A stretch of DNA of 63,086 nt, the filler included, from an uncultured Candidatus Sumerlaeota bacterium (GTDB lineage Bacteria; CAYMEV01), in the NCBI GenBank assembly GCA_964389675.1. It is 4 parts of 4 records of this genome, joined end to end, with 100 filler letters (N's around TTAATTAATTAA, not from the genome) between each part and the next. Parts side by side here need not be neighbours in the genome. Positions count along the whole stretch, not along the records: positions 34,962 to 59,618 come from CAYMEV010000034.1; positions 59,719 to 63,086 come from CAYMEV010000053.1; 2 more parts are not named here. The stretch is one strand, 5' to 3'. How positions within the stretch are numbered: position 1 is the stretch's first letter; each line of letters starts with the position of its first letter. Below are positions 50,381 through 59,818 of the stretch, in pieces. The position numbers were made by a program, and so were the translations under genes. The notes under the pieces are model-generated. The model had not been told where the DNA came from, searched no databases, and worked only from the letters and a program-made list of their open reading frames with translations.

Positions 50381-51057
50381 AATGCTCACAGATCTTCTTT
50401 TTTCTTCTCTCTTTATATATTTCTCAAGATTTTTTATAAAGAATAAAGTTATTGGTTGTTCTATAGCACTTGGATATCTCCTCTTCTTTTGATTTATTGT
50501 TGGGCTTATCCGACGGTTTCCGTATATTTTGTCTTTTATCTGAGTGTATGTTCATCTGGTGTTTATGCAGAGATAGCCTATTCATCTACGCCACCAGATT
50601 TATGGCTAGATTGGTGGTATTTATAGCTGCAGAACATTCTCCCCGTATTGTTCACTGCTGTCAACCATAGGTATTAGTTTATTCATTTTGGTGCAGAGTG
50701 CCCATCTCAGATACCGGAGTAATTTAGCAGATCACTATTATTTTCTCGATGTGACTTATCCTCTCTGGATGTATTCCATTTTCCCAGCAGTTACCGGGTG
50801 TAGATATCCCAGGTAATGATGCTCGAACGATATTGGGTCTCAACGAGACAGCCAAAGCGCCCACAATATCTGGCAGTTATGCTTTAATTTTCGATCCTAA
50901 GCTATATAAATATTTTCAAATTCTAGGATTACAACAAATAGCATATCTTTCTCGCACATTCGCTTTGGAAATTGAGTATATTTCTTGATTGGGTGTTATT
51001 ACAAGATATTAGATTTTTGGAATGAAAATTTGGATAGATAATTCTTATAAGATACTA

Positions 51058-52428
51058 TTATCTGATGTGTGCACGTCCCAGTAGATCCAGGACACGTCCT
51101 CCTGGTCTCAGGCTAATAGCTGTGTATTTGTGAGCCAGAGCTATAGGGGCTACCGCATTCTGATACAAATCGGTCTCCACTTCTACAATTAATCGCATAG
51201 CCTTCTCCAAGGTGGAATAATTCCCAATCTTTACTTTATTTGAAATAAAATTATCCCCCCTTTTGCTGCTAAAAGGATAAGGTAATGCGAAAATAAAAAG
51301 TTTTCCCTTAGGTGTTTTGAAAGCAAAATCATGGCCATAATAAGTTTCTGATCCAAAACCATTATCTGACCGTTCAATGCCCAAATAGTCATATCTGAAA
51401 TCATCGGAAATACTGAATAATCGATTTCCCGGGATTCTATTTTGCAAGAGATTCATGTATTCAGCCAGATAGCCGCCCTTCTGCAAACCAATAACAAGCG
51501 GCTCCTTTTTGGATTCTCTTAATTTATTCAAAAATTGCATAATGCTTCGATGCAGCCATGCGGCATGCCCAAATACTGCAAGAGGTCCATCAATCAGTAT
51601 CGCTATTTCGTTTAAGATTTTAGGCGAAAAATCTCGTAGAAACCTTAGATAATGAACTGGAAGCAAATGCTCAATATAGCTCATAAAACGTGATGCTGGC
51701 TCTTGATTTGGGAAAAAGTCATTTACAGCTTCCCATACTCGTAAGCAATCGCTCACATACAACTTTCTTTCACATGAGGGACAAACATTATCGGATTTAG
51801 TTGGGTCTATATAGATGTTCGACTGCTCACAATCTTTCTGGGGACATTTATGAATTTTTATCTTGCCTGGATGTTGTCTATCATCTGGACGCAATAATGC
51901 CAGCTCAATTAACGTGCTAAGCAGACTCGTATTAACATCACTAGATATAAATCTTGTCGCCTCTGATGCAAGAAAATTTTCTGTTTGTCTTCTAAAAGTT
52001 TCTCTTACACCACTATCTCCATCTAATTTTAGGTTAGAGAGCGGTAATACTGCGGATAGGGCATCCCTATTCTTTTGCAATGCAGCCACGCGGAAAGGAT
52101 CTATCATGTTTGTTTTCTGGTCCTGAAGACCATTAAAATCTGATGTCTCAATCAATATGGTGCTGAACTTTAAATATGCGGCTCTAATGCTGGGCAGGCG
52201 ATCATCTATGCCAGAGACATAAATACTGCCATCGGATGCAATAATGTGTTTTATTAAAGGGGCTTGTGCATAATCAGGTGCTTCTTTAAAATTATTCAGC
52301 AATAGATGTTCACCATCACCAGAAGGAGGATGTATAGGCTTACATTTATTGAGAAAATTTTGAACATCAGGATTCCTAACGATATCACTATGCGATGTTT
52401 TACTTCCAAATTGATTATCGTATGGCAT
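51058..52428 (-). CDS. nurA: NurA-like nuclease with zinc-ribbon insert
   Basis: IASDGS, LIDGPL, GLQKGG, YYG, PIALAH; CPQKDC...CPSC insert; downstream of HerA. Confidence 0.72.
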   Translation of the reverse strand: MPYDNQFGSKTSHSDIVRNPDVQNFLNKCKPIHPPSGDGEHLLLNNFKEAPDYAQAPLIKHIIASDGSIYVSGIDDRLPSIRAAYLKFSTILIETSDFNGLQDQKTNMIDPFRVAALQKNRDALSAVLPLSNLKLDGDSGVRETFRRQTENFLASEATRFISSDVNTSLLSTLIELALLRPDDRQHPGKIKIHKCPQKDCEQSNIYIDPTKSDNVCPSCERKLYVSDCLRVWEAVNDFFPNQEPASRFMSYIEHLLPVHYLRFLRDFSPKILNEIAILIDGPLAVFGHAAWLHRSIMQFLNKLRESKKEPLVIGLQKGGYLAEYMNLLQNRIPGNRLFSISDDFRYDYLGIERSDNGFGSETYYGHDFAFKTPKGKLFIFALPYPFSSKRGDNFISNKVKIGNYSTLEKAMRLIVEVETDLYQNAVAPIALAHKYTAISLRPGGRVLDLLGRAHIR

Positions 52429-52447
52429 TATGCACCTTCTAATTTTT

Positions 52448-54424
52448 CTATTTATTTTTTTTATTCTTAGGATTGAACTTATGAATCTGAACAGGAATCA
52501 CAAAAGGGCTGGATAGAGTTTTAATCCTATCAAAACCAACATCTTGTGCGCGTATCAATGATTTGCTGAAATCTGAAAAATCATAAAATTTCGACAACTC
52601 TTTTATCTCTCCTTCATTATTTAAATGAGATACAAAAATATTCTCTGTATTAGCAAGAATGTTTGGATGAATTGAAGAAACTTCCTGGGTTGAGTATACG
52701 GTAGCTATTCTGCATTTTGCACCTTCTTTTGCAATGCGTGGCCAAACATCCGTAATATCATCTTTCTTCCCCATCAAGTTATGTGCTTCTTCAACATAAA
52801 TAACAATGTTAGGTGCAAATTTTCCTTCATTAAAGGTTGCCATTGACCGATTAAAGATATGTCGGGCAATTACTTTGCTTAGACGCTCTCTATGTTCCGG
52901 ATCACCTACGGATAGATCTAGAATAACGATTTTCCCATCCAGAAGGTGATCATATATTTCCTGCGAAACATCCTGATTCCTATCACGAGAATGATAAACC
53001 TTCAGTGGTGATAAATGTCTATGTCCGGTTATATACGCATTGTTGCTATTCTTCTGAGCCAACATATTTAGTAACGCCACCGCATCTGCATCGAACCAGT
53101 CATTTCCTGACGACGATTTAAGGGGATTATTTTTGTTTATGTCCCTTGCCCTTAGCAGCCATCTTACTGCTTGCTCTAAATTTAGAGTTAGCATCTGGCC
53201 TTTTTTTGGGGGGAAACTAGCATCATCATTCACTGTGTTGTGAATATCTTTATTAACCGGAAAAGTTATTTTATGTTCAATTGGAGCAAGAAATCCTGCT
53301 TTGTACAATATCGCTTGATAAATACCCTTTTTGACTTGCCAACGGTTATATTCGCTTATATTTTCATGTTCTGGCTCCTCAAATGATACGTTTAGGAATT
53401 GTTTTAAATCAGCTGAAGGAGTTCCCTTATCTCCTAGAATCTGTCTAATGATGGCGAATCCTTCGTTGATTTGAATATAAAAGTTGTTCTGAATAAGATG
53501 AAATCCCGGAGCTTCCAGCAGACGATATCTTTCTGTGCTATCCGGATATATGTCAGCAAGAGATGATCCTGCATCTTGTTGGTTTGCATTGGCATATTCG
53601 CCATTGAGATCATAGATAATTTGTCCTATTTTCATTTCGGTTTCATCCGCTGTATTCTTTACAACTGAGACAAGCTGTTTGATCATGTTTGACTTACCGG
53701 TTCTTGTCATACCAAATACGCCGGTGCGACGGGCAAGGAAATCGACCGACTGTATTCGAAAGACCACTTTATCCTGCTGGAACTCTCGCTGGAGTCTCTG
53801 TGTCGATGTATACCTGACATTACCTATTGGGAATGACGGAAGCGAAGTTTCCAGATTCATTTTTTCAGCTTCTTCCTTAGCCGAATTCTCTCGTATAGGT
53901 GATATGTAATTGACAATTTCCCCTAATGAATCTCCTACAGGCTTATAGACTTGAAGATGTACAGCGCTATGATATGTTTCAATATCGCTTCCCAGCAACA
54001 ACCTGCCATTAGTGTCAGTATAAAATGTTCCTAATACTCTGCATTCAAGACCACTAAATTGCAACTGATTGCGGGTCAAATCGTCTAGATCTTCACCATT
54101 ACGGATATCTTGTTGCTCCTGAAAATGCTCAATTTTTGTGCGCACAAGATCATCTTCCATGGGCAATCTTGACGAGCCTATGACGCGCAATAGGACAACT
54201 TCTTTCTCGTAGGTCTTTGCTTCTGTATATTTGTCAGGATTAAAAGCAGTCGCTATTAAGAAACAATTATGAGGGATTCCGCCAACCTTCTCTTTCCAAA
54301 TATCGTTAGTCATGACATTGGCCTTCTCATAATCGATATGATATATCCATCCGATAAAATTATCTATCTGCACTAGGCGTGGTAGAGGGTCAGATCTAAA
54401 TATCTTATTCATTATTTGTTCCAT
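52448..54424 (-). CDS. herA: HerA/FtsK-family ATPase (DUF87)
   Basis: GVFGMTRTGKS, YDLNGEY, YVEEAH, RIAKEGAK, STQ. Confidence 0.85.
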   Translation of the reverse strand: MEQIMNKIFRSDPLPRLVQIDNFIGWIYHIDYEKANVMTNDIWKEKVGGIPHNCFLIATAFNPDKYTEAKTYEKEVVLLRVIGSSRLPMEDDLVRTKIEHFQEQQDIRNGEDLDDLTRNQLQFSGLECRVLGTFYTDTNGRLLLGSDIETYHSAVHLQVYKPVGDSLGEIVNYISPIRENSAKEEAEKMNLETSLPSFPIGNVRYTSTQRLQREFQQDKVVFRIQSVDFLARRTGVFGMTRTGKSNMIKQLVSVVKNTADETEMKIGQIIYDLNGEYANANQQDAGSSLADIYPDSTERYRLLEAPGFHLIQNNFYIQINEGFAIIRQILGDKGTPSADLKQFLNVSFEEPEHENISEYNRWQVKKGIYQAILYKAGFLAPIEHKITFPVNKDIHNTVNDDASFPPKKGQMLTLNLEQAVRWLLRARDINKNNPLKSSSGNDWFDADAVALLNMLAQKNSNNAYITGHRHLSPLKVYHSRDRNQDVSQEIYDHLLDGKIVILDLSVGDPEHRERLSKVIARHIFNRSMATFNEGKFAPNIVIYVEEAHNLMGKKDDITDVWPRIAKEGAKCRIATVYSTQEVSSIHPNILANTENIFVSHLNNEGEIKELSKFYDFSDFSKSLIRAQDVGFDRIKTLSSPFVIPVQIHKFNPKNKKNK

Positions 54425-55365
54425 TATTGGACCTCCATGGATCTGTTTTTACTATTTATTTTCGCTACTAATTTCCATCGTGCTGTATTTATTGATTTTT
54501 TACCGGGTAATTTTAGATACTGAGGGGCTATCAGAAGCTCTCTGCCCTTGCTGCTAGACTGCAATGAATAACCTAAAGTAAATATCCACATTTGACATGG
54601 CTCGTACAGATTGCGAATAAGTTGAATATCATCATATGAAGCAACCCAATTAAGGCTTTTCTGATCTAATAAATAGTGTGCCAATTTGCCATGGTCGCTA
54701 TTTTTGTAAAAATTAAAATATAACTTATTCCCCGCAGATACATACGGTGGATCGCAATATACCAGGATTCTTTTGCGTTCTTGGCCACTGGGTAATTGTT
54801 TTTTCAAAAACTCAATTGCATCCATATTAGATATTTTTATATGCTTTTTAAGCATTCCAATCTTAGAGATTCGTTCTGAAAGCATATTCCGGTTAAATCT
54901 AGCGTCTAATTTCCAGCTCCCTTTTTGCTCATACCCTCCAATGGGACCTGCTCCTGCAATAATACCTGACCTATTGCAACGGTTGAGATAGAAAGTCGAA
55001 CAGGCAATTTCAAAAATTTTATATTTATTAGGACTATGATATATTTCTTTATGTTTTCTCCATTCATCAATGGTGAGTGGGACATCTATTAGCCAGTCAA
55101 CGAATTCCTGATTTTTTTCAATAATTATCTTCCAAAAATAATAAATATGACAATCCGCGTCATTTATAATTACTTCGGATGCAATACCGCTTGATAGCAG
55201 TCCAAGAGCTATGCCGCTACCACCTGCAAAAGGCTCAAAATACCTACACCCTTCTAGACTGTTCTGCGTAATCAAGGTTCTAAAATATGATGAGAGTAAT
55301 CCTTTCCCTCCTGGGTATCTTAGAGGACTTATAAGATTTAAATTATTTCTATTTCTTCTATTCAT
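54424..55365 (-). CDS. Dam-like (D12 class) DNA adenine methyltransferase
   Basis: SPLRYPGGK, EPFAGG, IND, YLNR, DPPY, SYD; TAATG coupling to herA. Confidence 0.9.
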   Translation of the reverse strand: MNRRNRNNLNLISPLRYPGGKGLLSSYFRTLITQNSLEGCRYFEPFAGGSGIALGLLSSGIASEVIINDADCHIYYFWKIIIEKNQEFVDWLIDVPLTIDEWRKHKEIYHSPNKYKIFEIACSTFYLNRCNRSGIIAGAGPIGGYEQKGSWKLDARFNRNMLSERISKIGMLKKHIKISNMDAIEFLKKQLPSGQERKRILVYCDPPYVSAGNKLYFNFYKNSDHGKLAHYLLDQKSLNWVASYDDIQLIRNLYEPCQMWIFTLGYSLQSSSKGRELLIAPQYLKLPGKKSINTARWKLVAKINSKNRSMEVQ

Positions 55366-55638
55366 ATCATACCTTTAATGCTCTAAGTAACAGATAAGAT
55401 CAGTAATGACTTTGAAAAATAACTCCAGCAAATTTTCAAGAACAATGTCCAGAGAATTTATATTATTCCTCTGTGGACCGATTTTTTTGTGTTGCCAAAT
55501 GCTATCTTCAGAATATTCTTTCTTACTAGATGAAGTCGTTATAGTCTCTAATGACACCAGATGAAGGTATGTGTTAGATCTTTCACCTGCACTAAAAATT
55601 TCAAGAATATCATTCCTTTCCATGGATCTATCACCCAT

Positions 55639-55872
55639 TTAAATGATGTCCAGCATCTCTATAAAAGTACCCAAGAAGATCTGATCTGGTAGTATCTTTT
55701 TCTCAGCAATAAGATAAACTGCTCTCCATAAAAGCACGCGTGTCTTTCCTGAACCTGGAGCGGCCGTGATAAATATAGGTCTATCTTTACCAAACAGAGT
55801 TGCTTTTTTTTGCTCCTCATTTGGCGAAAAATTCTTAAATTTCCACAATTTTTGTATTAGATCAGTTTCCAT
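55639..55872 (-). pseudogene. Truncated UvrD helicase N-terminus
   Basis: PNEEQKKA, TAAPGSGKTRVL, GTF, then a stop after 77 aa. Confidence 0.7.
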
Positions 55873-56214
55873 TTTTCAAAAAAACATGCTCTTCTGCAGT
55901 ATCAGAAAGATCAATTTTTACCCTTAAATTTAAATATCAATAAATTAATCCAAAATATTCAAATCCTGATAATATCCACCATATATATCGTATTTCTTAA
56001 TAATTATATGAAATAATTTTGGATGAGTCTATATAATTTTTTCCAGATAGCTTGTTAGATAGGATTTCTAACCTGTATAAATGAAAAAATTGTAATAAAT
56101 CCCCCTTGATGATTATATATTATCTCTAAAGTATATTTACATTTACAAGCAAAGAAGATCTGAGATATTCATAAGCTGATGCTCGTTAATCTTTAGAAGG
56201 CATTTTTTAGCATA

Positions 56215-56478
56215 CATACCCATATGTTTTAATATCTTTATAATTTCGCGCCTTCCCTGAATAGCGGCTATTATTGTCATATTAGAGCAACATTCCGGAT
56301 ATTTCAGAGAATTTATTACATACTCACATATATCTTTATTGCCTTGATCTTATATTCAGGGGATCATTAGTTATTTTTTCCATGCTTGTCCTTTTCTATT
56401 GTAAGCAATGTAGTAGTGTATCCATAGTTCTTGTATGGGACTCATAGGAATCTGGTATATGCAGACCTACCCGTGAAC
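56215..56478 (-). pseudogene. Degraded IS91-like (Y2) transposase C-terminal remnant
   Basis: Minus-strand fragments SRVGLHIPD and NSLKYPECCSNMTIIAAIQGRREIIKILKHMG resemble IS91-family HIP...DPLxCPxC..M.IIA.I....I.KIL.H.G; broken by frameshifts. Confidence 0.5.
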
Positions 56479-56652
56479 AAATTAGCATTGTATATTATAA
56501 GTGGTATATTGATTTTAGATGTGTTATAAACCTTGTATGTGAATTAAGATAATTCATTTTATAATTTCTAAGAATTTTATAGACTCAAGATAATACCCAA
56601 ACTATACTATTATAATTCAAATAAGGTAACAACCATCTATGGGGGTGTACAG

Positions 56653-58227
56653 ATGCTATCGTCTTTAACATTAGAGAATTTTAAGGCATTTAGGAAATTA
56701 GATAAACTAAAGGTTAAACCGATCACTGTTCTATGTGGTTCAAACAGCTGTGGAAAAAGCTCAATTCTTCAGAGTATCTTGCTATTAAAACAGACATTGG
56801 AAAGTCAGAACGCTAGCCATATTCTGCTACTAAATGGTAGGCTTGTACATCTTGGAATTCTAAGGAATATTATATACAGCAAAAAACAGAAAAATAATAT
56901 TGTTTTTAAGTTTTCATTTAAAAACCTAAAAAATCAAGGAACAAAGCACCAACAATCGCGCAGTATTCGGATGCATAGACCGCTCTCATACATTATTAGA
57001 TGGTTTGATATTACTAAAGATGATAGGGATAAAGAGATCTATTGTGATTTTAATGTATCTATCAGCGAGCTATCAGAAAATAATGACACAAAAGATGTAT
57101 ATGTGTCAAATATGAAAGTAAATGAGATTAGAATATCAGCATATATAGCGAAAAATAGGGGAAAAAAGATATACAAAGGTAGTATTGAACTTAAATCACT
57201 AGAAAAATCTAATGAATATAAATTATCCTGGGATAATCTGCGTATTGGAGGGCGTATTCAATTTAATGGTAAAGAAAAACAGAAACACATTGAAAAATCA
57301 GGTCATATAATTACTAATATTGAATTTGCAAATATTCTACTACCTCTACTACCATCAATGACAATAGCGAATATCCATAAAAAAGATGGGGGAGATAAAT
57401 CATTCAATCAAGAGTTTATATTAGCTGCTACTCATATAATTTTTGCTGACATTTATTACTGGTTTAAACATCAATTTAGTACATTTAGATATTTAGGTCC
57501 TCTAAGAGAAGAGCCATCAAGAAGATATATATATGAAGATGAGATTGTTGAGATTGGTGTAAAGGGTGAGAATGCAGCATTTATTTACTCAGTGGAAAAG
57601 GATAATGAGATCAAAGACCACTATTATTATGAACCATCTATAGATACATTTCAAAAATCTGACAAACCGATGTCTCTTCACAAAGCTATTAATAAATGGC
57701 TTAATGTTATGAATATTCAAGATTTCAATGCTGAATCATCCGATCAGCTTATTAAGCTGTTCCTAAATAGTAATACTACATCGAAGAAAACAATGGTCAA
57801 TATTGCAGATGTAGGTTTTGGTGTTAGTCAGATATTTCCAATAATTCTGGAAGGACTTAGAATGGAAAAACATAATACATTATTATTAGAACAGCCAGAG
57901 ATACACCTGCATCCTAGTTTACAGATGCAGCTTTCAGATTTCTTTATTTCAATGGCTCTATCCGGGAAAAATCTCATTATTGAGACTCATAGTGATCATA
58001 TGGTTAACCGCTTCATTAGGAGAATTGTCGAGGATACTGAGTATAATATCAGTGATCTTGTAGGTATTTATTTTATAAGTCCTTCTAGTTCTGGATCGAA
58101 AGTTGAGGAGATTCAAATTAGTGAAGAAAGTGGAATTGTAAATTGGCCAAAAGGCTTTTTTGATCAGTCAGCAGATGAACAAGAAAAGATACTCCGATCT
58201 GCAATTAATAATCGTCGTAAGATATAA
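56653..58227 (+). CDS. ABC-type ATPase (AAA_15/AAA_21) with DUF3696-like C-terminus
   Basis: LENFKAF, GSNSCGKS, YLGPLR, DVGFGVSQ, LEQPEIHLHP, ETHS, NWPKGFFDQ. Confidence 0.85.
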   Translation: MLSSLTLENFKAFRKLDKLKVKPITVLCGSNSCGKSSILQSILLLKQTLESQNASHILLLNGRLVHLGILRNIIYSKKQKNNIVFKFSFKNLKNQGTKHQQSRSIRMHRPLSYIIRWFDITKDDRDKEIYCDFNVSISELSENNDTKDVYVSNMKVNEIRISAYIAKNRGKKIYKGSIELKSLEKSNEYKLSWDNLRIGGRIQFNGKEKQKHIEKSGHIITNIEFANILLPLLPSMTIANIHKKDGGDKSFNQEFILAATHIIFADIYYWFKHQFSTFRYLGPLREEPSRRYIYEDEIVEIGVKGENAAFIYSVEKDNEIKDHYYYEPSIDTFQKSDKPMSLHKAINKWLNVMNIQDFNAESSDQLIKLFLNSNTTSKKTMVNIADVGFGVSQIFPIILEGLRMEKHNTLLLEQPEIHLHPSLQMQLSDFFISMALSGKNLIIETHSDHMVNRFIRRIVEDTEYNISDLVGIYFISPSSSGSKVEEIQISEESGIVNWPKGFFDQSADEQEKILRSAINNRRKI

Positions 58228-58240
58228 TAGGTAGGATTCA

Positions 58241-59173
58241 ATGATGTCAATTGTTGTTGATCCATCCTTATTCTGCATTTCAAAAAAAGATAGTAGCAGT
58301 GACTATGATAAGGATGATTTCTTGGAACATTTGTTGAACAATCTAAAAATGCTCTCAGATGAGATTACACCAGATGTATATCATATTGATGAATTCATTT
58401 ATTCTATAATGGATCTCCAAAAAAATATTTCTTTTACTAAATATTTTAATGGTTGCACAATAAATAAATATATCAGCTTAATTTTACAAAAGACCAAAAA
58501 AATTAAAAATAATCTAAATTTGGATAAAATGAAATTAGATCCGTGCAAATCAGAGCCTGTTATGACTTGTAATGATTTAGAAGCATTAAAATATTTTCAT
58601 ATATTAATGCATTATCTAATTATAAAGAAAGAGGATGTATGGATTACTTTAGGCCTAGAGAACAAAAGAAAACTTACAAAAAATAATATGAATTTTGAAT
58701 TTAAATGTAATTGTCATACATATAGATTGAAACCAGAAATACTGAGAAATGTTAAAGATTTTTATAAAGATATTAAATATTTCAATGAATTTTGGCCAAA
58801 AAAAAGTACAAATTGCAAGGAAAGCTTAGAAACGTTATTGTCAATTCATAATGAATACTGCATGGGGAAAGAAATAATAAACGAAGAATATTCATTTTCT
58901 GATGATTTTATTAAGGATTTACTGGGTGTGACCAATGATAAAGAACGGGAAAAAATAATAGAGAGTATGATTTTGAGATTATCGCTTACAGCAGCGGCAG
59001 CAGGTGCTGACAATCATCTGCGGGATGAGGAAGTGAAAAATGAAAAGAATTCAAAAACCTATAGATTTAGAGTAAAAAATGAAACTAGAATTCATTATAA
59101 GTTTGTTAATAAAGCTATATGTTTTATTAACTATTTCGGTCCGGGAAAACATGATAAAGGATTAAAAAAATAA
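58241..59173 (+). CDS. ATPase partner protein with possible RelE-like C-terminal domain
   Basis: 13 nt after the ATPase stop; C-terminus YRFRVKNETRIHY....I.FINY...KHD. Confidence 0.5.
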   Translation: MMSIVVDPSLFCISKKDSSSDYDKDDFLEHLLNNLKMLSDEITPDVYHIDEFIYSIMDLQKNISFTKYFNGCTINKYISLILQKTKKIKNNLNLDKMKLDPCKSEPVMTCNDLEALKYFHILMHYLIIKKEDVWITLGLENKRKLTKNNMNFEFKCNCHTYRLKPEILRNVKDFYKDIKYFNEFWPKKSTNCKESLETLLSIHNEYCMGKEIINEEYSFSDDFIKDLLGVTNDKEREKIIESMILRLSLTAAAAGADNHLRDEEVKNEKNSKTYRFRVKNETRIHYKFVNKAICFINYFGPGKHDKGLKK

Positions 59174-59345
59174 ATTGGAAATTATAGCCTGTGGATGCCA
59201 GCCTTATATATGGAAGATCACTTTGGGAAGCATGCCTAATTGTCATTATAGCATAACTATTTCTTAATAGTAAGCCATCTTTTCTGTATATATTATACCC
59301 ATCATTATATATCTCGTATCTCGATCTTTTTTAGTATATTGAGCC

Positions 59346-59568
59346 TCATTCTATCTTTTCATAGTAGTCTTCTATATCTTTTAGCATCTGCTCCCGTAGC
59401 CTTTCTATACCATTATTCCTTGTAAGATCGTCCCAAATCTTATGGTGAATGGATATCTTAGATAGATCTCTTGCATAATACATGAATCTTTTTCTTTCAA
59501 ATTTTTCAAATGGATTTCTCAGGATGCTTCCTATCAGGATATTATCATCCTGAATATACTCCTTATTG
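59346..59568 (-). pseudogene. C-terminal fragment of a gene interrupted by an IS21-like end
   Basis: Open frame HNKEYIQDD...LRNPFEKFERKRF...EKIE* abuts the repeat at 59569. Confidence 0.5.
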
Positions 59569-59618
59569 TGATCAGCGACAACTATTAATGAACACTGGCG
59601 AAATTTAAAAATACCCAC
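59569..59618. mobile_element. IS21-like terminal repeat
   Basis: Near-identical to 34757-34804 (2 mismatches); at the contig end. Confidence 0.6.
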
Positions 59619-59718
59619 NNNNNNNNNNNNNNNNNNNNNNNNNNNNNNNNNNNNNNNNNNNNTTAATTAATTAANNNNNNNNNNNNNNNNNNNNNNNNNN
59701 NNNNNNNNNNNNNNNNNN
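59619..59718. other. Artificial contig linker
   Basis: 44 N + TTAATTAATTAA + 44 N. Confidence 0.97.
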
Positions 59719-59771
59719 TCTTGATTTTTGCTCGGATTTATCGTATAAATGTTTTATAAGAGATTTTTAGG
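59719..59771. mobile_element. Opposite end (or variant) of the IS seen at 1-55, with an outward-facing promoter
   Basis: Same terminal 17 bp TATAAGAGATTTTTAGG with a different interior; TTGATT-17-TATAAA at 59721-59749. Confidence 0.55.
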
Positions 59772-59818
59772 TAGTTATAAATTTAACCACAAAATACTAT
59801 AAAAATGGAGATGGTATT

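Noticed and set aside
49659-50670. Small ORFs 49659-49880, 49882-50094 and 50470-50670
   Set aside because: The first two are antisense to the eroded IS copy; the third has no RBS or motif. 50381-51050 remains unexplained.
55375-55638. ORF in frame directly after the UvrD stump (possible readthrough)
   Set aside because: No helicase motifs follow the TAA; more likely the residue of an internal deletion.
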